Shown here: one piece after another, positions 39,701-54,700 of the stretch
Numbering within the stretch: the stretch's first letter is position 1
How the letters are laid out: the number at the start of each line of letters is the position of its first letter
Source: Eledone cirrhosa
Taxonomy: Eukaryota
Reading direction: 5' to 3'
Assembly: GCA_964016885.1 (NCBI GenBank)
Contig: OZ024740.1
Coordinates: 21,390,001 to 21,454,000, forward strand
DNA length: 64,000 nucleotides
Made by a program: the position numbers and the translations under genes
The notes under the pieces: generated by a model
What the model was told of the DNA's origin: nothing
The model's input: only the letters and a program-made list of their open reading frames with translations
Database searches by the model: none

Positions 39701-42700
39701 TTTGCCGTTCTATCTGAAGTTCTAATCACTCTACCATTCTATCTGACGTTCTAACCCCTCTACCATTCTATCTAACGTTCTAACATCTCTACCATTCTAT
39801 CTGACGTTCTAATGACTCTACCATTCTACCCGACGTTCTAACCCCTCTACCATTCTATCTGACGTTCTAATGACTCTACCATTCTATCTGACGATCTATC
39901 CACTCTACCATTCTACCTGGAGTTCTAACCACTCTACCATTCTATCTGACATTCTAATGACTCTACCATTCTATCTGACGTTCTAACGACTCTACCATTC
40001 TACCTGACGTTCTAACGACTCTACCATTCTACCTGACGTTATAATCACTCTACAATTCTACCTGACGTTCTAACCACTCTACTATTCTATATGACGTTCT
40101 AAACACTCTACCATTCTATCTGACATTCTAATGACTCTACCATTCTACCCGACGTTCTAACCACTCTACCATTCTATCTGACGTTGTAACCACTCTGCCA
40201 TTCTATCTGACGTTCTAATCATTCTACCATTCTATCTGACGTTCTAACGACTCTACCATTCTACCTGACGTTCTAATCACTCTACAATTCTATCTGACGT
40301 TCTAACCACTCTGCCATTCTATCTGACGTTCTGATCACTCTACCATTCTATCTGACGTTCTAACCCCTCTACCATTCTATCTAACGTTCTAACCCCTCTA
40401 CCATTCTATCTGACGTTCTAACCACTCTACCATTCTACCTGACGTTCTAACCATTCTACCATTCTATCTGACGTTCTAACGACGCTACCATTCTACCTGA
40501 CGTTCTAACGACTCTACCATTCTACCTGACGTTCTAATCACTCTACCATTCTATCTGACGTTCTAACGACTCTACCATTCTACCTGACGTTCTAATCACT
40601 CTACAATTTTATCTGACGTTCTAATCACTCTACCATTCTATCTGACGTTCTAACCACTCTGCCATTCTATCTGAAGTTCTAATCACTCTACCATTCTATC
40701 TGACGTTCTATCCACTCTAGCATTCTATCTGACGTTCTAACCACTCTACCATTCTATCTGACGTTCTAACTACTCTACAATTCTATCTGACGTTCTAATC
40801 ACTCTACCATTCTATGTGACGTTCTAACCACTCTGCCATTCTATCTGAAGTTCTAATCACTCTACCATTCTATCTGACGTTCTAACCACTCTACCATTTT
40901 ATCTGACGTTCTAACCACTCTACCATTCTATCTAACGTTCTAACCTCTCTACCATTCTATCTGACGTTCTAACCACTCTACCATTCTACCTGACGTTCTA
41001 ATCATTCTACCATTCTATCTGACGTTCTAACGACTCTAGCATTCTACCTGTCGTTCTAACGACTCTACCATTCTACCTGACGTTCTAACCACTCTACCAT
41101 TCTATCTGACGTTCTAACCACTCTACTATTCTATCTAACGTTCTAACCCCTCTACAATTCTATCTGACGTTCTAACCACTCTACCATTCTACATGACGTT
41201 CTAATCATTTTACCATTCTATCTGACGTTCTAACCCCTCTACCATTCTATCTGACGTTCTAACGACTCTATCATTCTACCTGACGTTCTAACGACTCTAC
41301 CATTCTACCTGACGTTCTAATCACTCTACCATTCTACCTGACGTTCTAACCATTCTACCATTCTATCTGACGTTCTAACGACTCTATCATTCTACCTGAC
41401 GTTCTAATCACTCTACCATTCTATCTGACGTTCTAACGACTCTACCATTCTATCTGACGTTCTAACCCCTCTACCATTCTATCTAACGTTCTAACCCCTC
41501 TACCATTCTATCTGACGTTCTAACCACTCTACCATTCTACCTGGCGTTCTAACCACTCTACCATTCTATCTGACGTTCTAATGACTCTACCATTCTACCC
41601 GACGTTCTAACCCCTCTACCATTCTATCTGACCTTCTGATCACTCAACCATTCTATCTGACGTTCTACACCACTTTGCCATTCTATCTGAAGTTCTAATC
41701 ACTCTACCATTCTATATGACGTTCTAACCACTCTACCATTCTATCTGACGTTCTAACCACTCTACCATTCTATCTAACGTTCTAACATCTCTACCATTCT
41801 ATCTGACGTTCTAATGACTCTACCATTCTACCTGACGTTCTAACCACTCTACCATTCTACCTGGCGTTCTAACCACTCTACCATTCTATCTGACGTTCTA
41901 ATGACTCTACCATTCTACCCGACGTTCTAACCCCTCTACCATTCTATCTAACGTTCTAACCCCTCTACCATTCTATCTGACGTTCTAACCACTCTACCAT
42001 TCTACCTGACGATCTAACCATTCTACCATTCTATCTGACGTTCTAACGACTCTACCATTCTACCTGACGTTCTAATCACTCTACCATTCTATCTGAGTTT
42101 CTAACGACTCTACCATTCTACCTGACGTTCTAATCACTCTACAATTTTATCTGACGTTCTAATCACTCTACCATTCTATCTGACGTTCTAACCACTCTGC
42201 CATTCTATCTGACGTTCTGATCACTCTACCATTCTATCTGACGTTCTACACCACTTTGCCATTCTATCTGAAGTTCAAATCACTCTACCATTCTATCTGA
42301 CGTTCTAACCACTCTACCATTCTATCTAACGTTCTAACATCTCTACCATTCTATCTGACGTTCTAATGACTCTACCATTCTACCTGACGTTCTAACCACT
42401 CTACCATTCTACCTGGCGTTCTAACCACTCTACCATTCTATCTGACGTTCTAACGACTCTACCATTCTACCTGACGTTCTAACGACTCTACCATTCTACC
42501 TGACGTTCTAATCACTCTACCATTCTATCTGACGTTCTAACGACTCTACCATTCTACCTGACGTTCTAATCACTCTACAATTTTATCTGACGTTCTAATC
42601 ACTCTACCATTCTATCTGACGTTCTAACCACTCTGCCATTCTATCTGACGTTCTGATCACTCAACCATTCTATATGACGTTCTAACCACTCTACCATTCT

Positions 42701-45700
42701 ATCTGACGTTCTAACCACTCTACCATTCTATATAACGTTCTAACATCTCTACCATTCTATCTGACGTTCTAATGACTCTACCATTCTACCTGACGTTCTA
42801 ACCACTCTACCATTCTACCTGGCGTTCTAACCACTCTACCATTCTATCTGACGTTATAATGACTCTACCATTCTACCCGACGTTCTAACCCCTCTACCAT
42901 ACTATCTAACGTTCTATCCCCTCTACCATTCTATCTGACGTTCTAACCACTCTACCATTCTACCTGACGTTCTAACCACTCTACCATTCTATCTGACGTT
43001 CTATTGACTCTACCATTCTACCCGACGTTCTAACCCCTCTACCATTCTACCTAACTTTCTAACCCCTCTACCATTCTATCTGACGTTCTAACCACTCTAC
43101 CATTCTACCTGACGATCTAACCATTCTACCATTCTATCTGACGTTCTAACGACTCTACCATTCTACCTGACGTTCTAATCACTCTACCATTCTATCTGAG
43201 TTTCTAACGACTCTACCATTCTACCTGACGTTCTAATCACTCTACAATTTTATCTGACGTTCTAATCACTCTACCATTCTATCTGACGTTCTAACCACTC
43301 TGCCATTCTATCTGACGTTCTAATCACTCTACCATTCTATCTGACGTTCTAACCACTCTACCATTCTATCTAACGTTCTAACATCTCTACCATTCTATCT
43401 TACGTTCTAATGACTCTACCATTCTACCTGACGTTCTAACCACTCTACCATTCTACCTGGCGTTCTAACCACTCTACCATTCTATCTGACGTTCTAATGA
43501 CTCTACCATTCTACCCGACGTTCTAACCCCTCTACCATTCTATCTGACATTCTAATGACTCTACCATTCTACCCGACGTTCTAACCACTCTACCATTCTA
43601 CCTGACGTTCTAACCATTCTACCATTCTATCTGACGTTCTAACGACTCTACCATTCTACCTGACGTTCTAACGACTCTACCATTCTACCTGACGTTCTAA
43701 TCACTCTACCATTCTATCTGACGTTCTAACGACTCTACCATTCTACCTGACGTTCTAATCACTCTACAATTTTATCTGACGTTCTAATCACTCTACCATT
43801 CTATCTGACGTTCTAACCACTCTGCCATTCTATCTGACGTTCTGATCACTCAACCATTCTATATGACGTTCTAACCACTCTACCATTCTATCTGACGTTC
43901 TAACCACTCTACCATTCTATCTAACGTTCTAACATCTCTACCATTCTATCTGACGTTCTAATGACTCTACCATTCTACCTGACGTTCTAACCACTCTACC
44001 ATTCTACCTGGCGTTCTAACCACTCTACCATTCTATCTGACGTTATAATGACTCTACCATTCTACCCGACGTTCTAACCCCTCTACCATTCTATCTAACG
44101 TTCTATCCCCTCTACCATTCTATCTGACGTTCTAACCACTCTACCATTCTACCTGACGTTCTAACCATTCTACCATTCTATCTGACGTTCTAACGACTCT
44201 ACCATTCTACCTGACGTTCTAATGACTCTACCATTCTATCTGAGGTTCTAACGACTCTACCATTCTACCTGACGTTCTAATCACTCTACAATTTTATCTG
44301 ACGTTCTAATCACTCTACCATTCTATCTGACGTTCTAACCACTCTGCCATTCTATCTGACGTTCTGATCACTCTACCATTCTATCTGACGTTCTACACCA
44401 CTTTGCCATTCTATCTGAAGTTCTAATCACTCTACCATTCTATCTGACGTTCTAACCACTCTACCATTCTATCTAACGTTCTAACATCTCTACCATTCTA
44501 TCTGACGTTCTAATGACTCTACCATTCTACCTGACGTTCTAACCACTCTACCATTCTACCTGGCGTTCTAACCACTCTACCATTCTATCTGACGTTCTAA
44601 TGACTCTACCATTCTACCCGACGTTCTAACCCCTCTACCATTCTATCTGACGTTCTAATGACTCTACCATTCTATCTGACGATCTAACCAATCTACCATT
44701 CTACCTGGCGTTCTAACCACTCTACCATTCTATCTGACGTTCTAACCACTCTGCCATTCTATCTAACGTTCTAACCACTCTACCATTCTATCTGACGTTC
44801 TAACGACGCTACCATTCTATCTGACGTTCTAACGACTCTACCATTCTATCAGACGTTCTATCCACTCTACCATTCTATCTAACGTTCTAACCACTCTACC
44901 ATTCTATCTGACGTTCCAACCACTCTACCATTCTATCTGACGTTCTAACCACTCTACCATTCCATCTGACGTTCTAACCACTCTACCATTCTATCTGACG
45001 TTCTAACCACTCTGCCATTCTATCTAACGTTCTAACCACTCTACCATTCTATCTGACGTTCTAACGACGCTACCATTCTATCTGACGTTCTAACGACTCT
45101 ACCATTCTATCTGACGTTCTAACGCCTCTACCATTCTATCTAAAGTTCTAACCACTCTACCATTCTATCTGACGTTCTAACCACTCTACCATTCTATCTG
45201 ACGTTCTAACCACTCTACTATTCTATCTGACGTTCTAACCACTCTGCCATTCTTTCTGACGTTCTAACGACTCTACCATTCTACCTGACGTTCTAACGAC
45301 TCTACCATTCTACCTGACGTTCTAATCACTCTACCATTCTATCTGACGTTCTAACCACTCTACTATTCTATCTAACGTTCTAACCCCTCTACCATTCTAT
45401 CTGACGTTCTAACCACTCTACCATTCTATCTGACGTTCTAACCACTCTACCATTCTATCTAACGTTCTAACCCCTCTACCATTCTACCTGACGTTCTAAC
45501 GACTCTACCATTCTACCTGACGTTCTAATCACTCTACAATTCTATCTGACGTTCTAACCACTCTACCATTCTATCTGACGTTCTAACTACTTTACCATTC
45601 TATCTGACGTTCTAACCACACTACCATTCTATCTGACGTTCTAACTACTCTCCCATTCTATCTGACGTTCTAATCACTCTACCATTCCATATAACGTTCT

Positions 45701-48700
45701 AACTACTCTACCATTCTATCTGACGTTCTAATCAATCTACCATTCTATATGATGTTCTAACGACTCTACCATTCTACCTGACGTTCTAACCACTCTACCA
45801 TTCTATATGACGTTCTATCCACTCTAGCATTCTATCTGACGTTCTAACCACTCTACCATTCTATCTGACGTTCTAACTACTCTACAATTCTATCTGACGT
45901 TCTAATCACTCTACCATTCTATCTGACGTTCTAACCACTCTACCATTCTACCTGACGTTATAATCATTCTACCATTCTATTTGACGTTCTAACGACTCTG
46001 CCATTCTACCTGACGTTCTAACGACTCTACCATTCTACCTGACGTTCTAATCACTCTACCATTCTATCTGACGTTCTAACGACTCTACCATTCTACCTGA
46101 CGGTCTAATCACTCTACAATTTTATCTGACGTTCTAATCACTCTACCATTCTAGCTGACGTTCTAACCACTCTGCCATTCTATCTGACGTTCTGATCACT
46201 CTACCATTCTATCTGACGTTCTAACCACTCTGCCATTCTATCTGAAGTTCTAATCACTCTACTATTCTATCTGACGTTCTATCCACTCTAGCATTCTATC
46301 TGACGTTCTAACCACTCTAATATTCTATCTGACGTTCTAACTACTCTACAATTCTATCTGACGTTCTAATCACTCTACCATTCTATGTGACGTTCTAATC
46401 ACTCTACCATTCTATCTGACGTTCTAACCACTCTACCATTTTATCTGACGTTCTAACCACTCTACAATTCTATCTATCGTTCTAACCTCTCTACCATTCT
46501 ATCTGACGTTCTAACCACTCTACCATTCTACCTGACGTTCTAATCATTCTACCATTCTGTCTGACGTTCTAACGACTCTACCATTCTACCTGACGTTCTA
46601 ACGACTCTACCATTCTACCTGACGTTCTAATCACTCTACCATTCTATCTGACGTTCTAACCACTCTACTATTCTATCTAACGTTCTAACCCCTCTACCAT
46701 TCTATCTGACGTTCTAACCACTCTACCATTCTACATGACGTTCTAATCATTTTACCATTCTATCTGACGTTCTAACGACTCTACCATTCTACCTGACGTT
46801 CTAACGACTCTACCATTCTACCTGACGTTCTAATCACTCTACCATTCTGTCTGACGTTCTAATCACTCTACCATTCTATCTGACGTTCTAACCACTCTGC
46901 CATTCTATCTGACGTTCTGATCACTCTACCATTCTATCTGACGTTCTACACCACTTTGCCATTCTATCTGAAGTTCTAATCACTCTACCATTCTATCTGA
47001 CGTTCTAACCCCTCTACCATTCTATCTGACGTTCTAACTACGTTACCATTCTATCTGACGTTCTAACCACACTACCATTCTATCTGACGTTCTAACTACT
47101 CTCATATTCTATCTGACGTTCTAATCACTCTACCATTCCATATAACGTTCTAACTACTCTACCATTCTATCTGACGTTCTAATCAATCTACCATTCTATC
47201 AGACGTTCTAACGACTCTACCATTCTACCTGACGTTCTAACCACTCTACCATTCTATATGACGTTCTAACCACTCTACCATTCTATCTGACGTTCTAATC
47301 ACTCTACCATTCTATCAGACGTTCTAACGACTCTACCATTCTACCTGACGTTCTAACCACTCTACCATTCTACCTGACGTTCTAACCACTCTACCATTCT
47401 ATCAGACGTTTTAATCATTCTACCATTCTATCTGACGTTCTAATCACTCTACCATTCTATCTGACGTTCCAACTACTTTACCATTCTATCTGACGTTCTA
47501 ACCACACTACCATTCTATCTGACGTTCTAACTACTCTCCCATTCTATCTGACGTTCTAATCACTCTACCATTCCATATAACGTTCTAACTACTCTACCAT
47601 TCTATCTGACGTTCTAATCAATCTACCATTCTATCTGATGTTCTAACGACTCTACCATTCTACCTGACGTTCTAACCACTCTACCATTCTATATGACGTT
47701 CTATCCACTCTAGCATTCTATCTGACGTTCTAACCACTCTACCATTCTATCTGACGTTCTAACTACTCTACAATTCTATCTGACGTTCTAATCACTCTAC
47801 CATTCTATCTGACGTTCTAACCACTCTACCATTCTACCTGACGTTATAATCATTCTACCATTCTATTTGACGTTCTAACGACTCTACCATTCTACCTGAC
47901 GTTCTAACGACTCTACCATTCTACCTGACGTTCTAATCACTCTACCATTCTATCTGACGTTCTAACTACTCTACCATTCTACCTGACGGTCTAATCACTC
48001 TACAATTTTATCTGACGTTCTAATCACTCTACCATTCTATCTGACGTTCTAACCACTCTGCCATTCTATCTGACGTTCTGATCACTCTACCATTCTATCT
48101 GACGTTCTAACCACTCTGCCATTCTATCTGAAGTTCTAATCACTCTACCATTCTATCTGACGTTCTATCCACTCTAGCATTCTATCTGACGTTCTAACCA
48201 CTCTACCATTCTATCTGACGTTCTAACTACTCTACAATTCTATCTGACGTTCTAATCACTCTACCATTCTATGTGACGTTCTAATCACTCTACCATTCTA
48301 TCTGACGTTCTAACCACTCTACCATTTTATCTGACGTTCTAACCACTCTACAATTCTATCTATCGTTCTAACCTCTCTACCATTCTATCTGACGTTCTAA
48401 CCACTCTACCATTCTACCTGACGTTCTAATCATTCTACCATTCTGTCTGACGTTCTAACGACTCTACCATTATACCTGACGTTCTAACGACTCTACCATT
48501 CTACCTGACGTTCTAATCACTCTACCATTCTATCTGACGTTCTAACCACTCTACTATTCTATCTAACGTTCTAACCCCTCTACCATTCTATCTGACGTTC
48601 TAACCACTCTACCATTCTACATGACGTTCTAATCATTTTACCATTCTATCTGACGTTCTAACGACTCTACCATTCTACCTGACGTTCTAACGACTCTACC

Positions 48701-51700
48701 ATTCTACCTGACGTTCTAATCACTCTACCATTCTGTCTGACGTTCTAACGACTCTACCATTCTACCTGACGTTCTAATCACTCTACAATTTTATCTGACG
48801 TTCTAATCACTCTACCATTCTATCTGACGTTCTAACCACTCTGCCATTCTATCTGACGTTCTGATCACTCTACCATTCTATCTGACGTTCTACACCACTT
48901 TGCCATTCTATCTGAAGTTCTAATCACTCTACCATTCTATCTGACGTTCTAACCACTCTACCATTCTATCTGACGTTCTAACTACTTTACCATTCTATCT
49001 GACGTTCTAACCACACTACCATTCTATCTGACGTTCTAACTACTCTCATATTCTATCTGACGTTCTAATCACTCTACCATTCCATATAACGTTCTAACTA
49101 CTCTACCATTCTATCTGACGTTCTAATCAATCTACCATTCTATCAGACGTTCTAACGACTCTACCATTCTACCTGACGTTCTAACCACTCTACCATTCTA
49201 TATGACGTTCTAACCACTCTACCATTCTATCTGACGTTCTAATCACTCTACCATTCTATCAGACGTTCTAACGACTCTACCATTCTACCTGACGTTCTAA
49301 CCACTCTACCATTCTACCTGACGTTCTAACCACTCTACCATTCTATCAGACGTTTTAATCATTCTACCATTCTAGCTGACGTTCTAATCACTCTACCATT
49401 CTATCTGACGTTCTAACTACTTTACCATTCTATCTGACGTTCTAACCACACTACCATTCTATCTGACGTTCTAACTACTCTCCCATTCTATCTGACGTTC
49501 TAATCACTCTACCATTCCATATAACGTTCTAACTACTCTACCATTCTATCTGACGTTCTAATCAATCTACCATTCTATCTGATGTTCTAACGACTCTACC
49601 ATTCTACCTGACGTTCTAACCACTCTACCATTCTATATGACGTTCTATCCACTCTAGCATTCTATCTGACGTTCTAACCACTCTACCATTCTATCTGACG
49701 TTCTAACTACTCTACAATTCTATCTGACGTTCTAATCACTCTACCATTCTATCTGACGTTCTAACCACTCTACCATTCTACCTGACGTTATAATCATTCT
49801 ACCATTCTATTTGACGTTCTAACGGCTCTACCATTCTACCTGACGTTCTAACGACTCTACCATTCTACCTGACGTTCTAATCACTCTACCATTCTATCTG
49901 ACGTTCTAACGACTCTACCATTCTACCTGACGGTCTAATCACTCTACAATTTTATCTGACGTTCTAATCACTCTACCATTCTAGCTGACGTTCTAACCAC
50001 TCAGCTATTCTATCTGACGTTCTGATCACTCTACCATTCTATCTGACGTTCTAACGACTCTGCCATTCTATCTGAAGTTCTAATCACTCTACCATTCTAT
50101 CTGACGTTCTATCCACTCTAGCATTCTATCTGACGTTCTAACCACTCTACCATTCTATCTGACGTTCTAACTACTCTACAATTCTATCTGACGTTCTAAT
50201 CACTCTACCATTCTATGTGACGTTCTAATCACTCTACCATTCTATCTGACGTTCTAACCACTCTACCATTTTATCTGACGTTCTAACCACTCTACAATTC
50301 TATCTATCGTTCTAACCTCTCTACCATTCTATCTGACGTTCTAACCACTCTACCATTCTACCTGACGTTCTAATCATTCTACCATTCTGTCTGACGTTCT
50401 AACGACTCTACCATTCTACCTGACGTTCTAACGACTCTACCATTCTACCTGACGTTCTAATCACTCTACCATTCTATCTGACGTTCTAACCACTCTACTA
50501 TTCTATCTAACGTTCTAACCCCTCTACCATTCTATCTGACGTTCTAACCACTCTACCATTCTACATGACGTTCTAATCATTTTACCATTCTATCTGACGT
50601 TCTAACGACTCTACCATTCTACCTGACGTTCTAACGACTCTACCATTCTACCTGACGTTCTAATCACTCTACCATTCTGTCTGACGTTCTAACGACTCTA
50701 CCATTCTACCTGACGTTCTAATCACTCTACAATTTTATCTGACGTTCTAATCACTCTACCATTCTATCTGAGGTTCTAACGACTCTGCCATTCTATCTGA
50801 CGTTCTGATCACTCTACCATTCTATCTGACGTTCTACACCACTTTGCCATTCTATCTGAAGTTCTAATCACTCTACCATTCTATCTGACGTTCTAACCAC
50901 TCTACCATTCTATCTGACGTTCTAACTACTTTACCATTCTATCTGACGTTCTAACCTCACTACCATTCTATCTGACGTTCTAACTACTCTCATATTCTAT
51001 CTGACGTTCTAATCACTCTACCATTCCATATAACGTTCTAACTACTCTACCATTCTATCTGACGTTCTAATCAATCTACCATTCTATCAGACGTTCTAAC
51101 GACTCTACCATTCTACCTGACGTTCTAACCACTCTACCATTCTATATGACGTTCTAACCACTCTACCATTCTATCTGACGTTCTAATCACTCTACCATTC
51201 TATCAGACGTTCTAACGACTCTACCATTCTACCTGACGTTCTAACCACTCTACCATTCTACCTGACGTTCTAACCACTCTACCATTCTATCAGACGTTTT
51301 AATCATTCTACCATTCTATCTGACGTTCTAATCACTCTACCATTCTATCTGACGTTCTAATCACTCTACCATTCTATCTGACGTTCTAATCACTCTACCA
51401 TTCTACCTGACATTCTAACGACTCTAACATTCTATCTGACGTTCTCACCACTCTACCATTCTATCTGACGTTCTAACCACTCTACCATTCTATCTGACAT
51501 TCTAACGACTCTACCATTCTATCAGACGTTCTATCCACTCTACCATTCTATCTAACGTTCTAACCACTCTACCATTCTATCTGACGTTCCAACCACTCTA
51601 CCATTCTATCTGACGTTCTAACCACTCTACCATTCCATCTGACGTTCTAACCACTCTACCATTCTATCTGACGTTCTAACCACTCTGCCATTCTATCTGA

Positions 51701-54700
51701 CGTTCTAATCATTCTACCATTCTATCTGACGTTCTAACGACGCTACCATTCTATCTGACGTTCTAACGACTCTACCATTCTATCTGACGTTCTAACGCCT
51801 CTACCATTCTATCTAACGTTCTAACCACTCTACCATTCTATCTGACGTTCTAACCACTCTACCATTCTATCTGACGTTCTAACCACTCTACTATTCTATC
51901 TGACGTTCTAACCACTCTGCCATTCTTTCTGACGTTCTAACGACTCTACCATTCTACCTGACGTTCTAACGACTCTACCATTCTACCTGACGTTCTAATC
52001 ACTCTACCATTCTATCTGACGTTCTAACCACTCTACTATTCTATCTAACGTTCTAACCCCTCTACCATTCTATCTGACGTTCTAACCACTCTACCATTCT
52101 ACCTGACGTTCTAATCATTTTACCATTCTATCTGACGTTCTAACGACTCTACCATTCTACCTGACGTTCTAACCACTATACCATTCTATCTAACGTTCTA
52201 ACCACTCTACCATTCTATCTGACGTTCTAACCACTCTGCCATTCTATCTGACGTTCTGATAACTCTACCATTCTATCTGACGTTCTACACCACTATGCCA
52301 TTCTATCTGAAGTTCTATTCACTCTACCATTCTATCTGACGTTCTAACCACTCTACCATTCTATCTGACGTTCTAACCACTCTACCATTCTATCTAACGT
52401 TCTAACCCCTCTACCATTCTACCTGACGTTCTAACGACTCTACCATTCTACCTGACGTTCTAATCACTCTACAATTCTATCTGACGTTCTAACCACTCTA
52501 CCATTCTATCTGACGTTCTAACTACTTTACCATTCTATCTGACGTTCTAACCACACTACCATTCTATCTGACGTTCTAACTACTCTCCCATTCTATCTGA
52601 CGTTCTAATCACTCTACCATTCCATATAACGTTCTAACTACTCTACCATTCTATCTGACGTTCTAATCAATCTACCATTCTATCTGATGTTCTAACGACT
52701 CTACCATTCTACCTGACGTTCTAACCACTCTACCATTCTATATGACGTTCTAACCACTCTACCATTCTATCTGACGTTCTAATCACTCTACCATTCTATC
52801 AGACGTTCTAACGACTCTACCATTCTACCTGACGTTCTAACCACTCTACCATTCTACCTGACGTTCTAACCACTCTACCATTCTATCAGACGTTTTAATC
52901 ATTCTACCATTCTATCTGACGTTCTAATCACTCTACCATTCTATCTGACGTTCTAATCACTCTACCATTCTATCTGACGTTCTAATGACTCTACCATTCT
53001 ACCTGACATTCTAACGACTCTACCATTCTATGTGACGTTCTATCCACTCTAGCATTCTATCTGACGTTCTAACCACTCTACCATTCTACCTGACGTTCTA
53101 ATCATTTTACCATTCTATCTGACGTTCTAACGACTCTACCATTCTACCTGACGTTCTAACCACTATACCATTCTATCTGACGTTCTAACCACTCTACCAT
53201 TCTATCTGACGTTCTAACCACTCTGCCATTCTCTTTGACGTTCTGATTACTCTACCATTCTATCTGACGTTCTACACCACTATGCCATTCTATCTGACGT
53301 TCTAACCACTCTACCATTCTATCTGACGTTCTAACCACTCTACCATTCTATCTAACGTTCTAACCCCTCTACCATTCTACCTGACGTTCTAACGACTCTA
53401 CCATTCTACCTGACGTTCTAATCACTCTACCATTCTATCTGACGTTCTAACCATTCTACCATTCTATCTGACGTTCTAACTACTTTACCATTCTATCTGA
53501 CGTTCTAACCACACTACCATTCTATCTGACGTTCTAACTACTCTCCCATTCTATCTGACGTTCTAATCACTCTACCATTCCATATAACGTTCTAACTACT
53601 CTACCATTCTATCTGACGTTCTAATCAATCTACCATTCTACCTGACGTTCTAACCACTCTACCATTCTATATGACGTTCTAACCACTCTACCATTCTATC
53701 TGACGTTCTAATCACTCTACCATTCTATCAGACGTTCTAACGACTCTACCATTCTACCTGACGTTCTAACCACTCTACCATTCTACCTGACGTTATAACC
53801 ACTCTACCATTCTATCAGACGTTTTAATCATTCTAACATTCTATCTGACGTTCTAATCACTCTACCATTCTATCTGACGTTCTAATGACTCTACCATTCT
53901 ACCTGACATTCTAACGACTCTAACATTCTATCTGACGTTCTAACCACTCTACCATTCTATCTGACGTTCTAACCTCTCTACCAATCTATCTGACATTCTA
54001 ACGACTCTACCATTCTATCAGACGTTCTATCCACTCTACCATTCTATCTAACGTTCTAACCACTCTACCATTCTATCTGACGTTCCAACCACTCTACCAT
54101 TCTATCTGACGTTCTAACCACTCTACCTTTCCATCTGACGTTCTAACCACTCTACCATTCTATCTGACGTTCTAACCACTCTGCCATTCTATCTAACGTT
54201 CTAACCACTCTACCATTCTATCTGACGTTCTAACGACGCTACCATTCTATCTGACGTTCTAACGACTCTACCATTCTATCTGACGTTCTAACGCCTCTAC
54301 CATTCTATCTAACGTTCTAACCACTCTACCATTCTATCTGACGTTCTAACCACTCTACCATTCTATCTGACGTTCTAACCACTCTACTATTCTATCTGAC
54401 GTTCTAACCACTCTGCCATTCTTTCTGACGTTCTAACGACTCTACCATTCTACCTGACGTTATAACGACTCTACCATTCTACCTGACGTTCTAATCACTC
54501 TACCATTCTATCTGACGTTCTAACCACTCTACTATTCTATCTAACGTTCTAACCCCTCTACCATTCTATCTGACGTTCTAACCACTCTACCATTCTATCT
54601 GACGTTCTAACCACTCTACCATTCTATCTAACGTTCTAACCCCTCTACCATTCTACCTGACGTTCTAACGACTCTACCATTCTACCTGACGTTCTAATCA

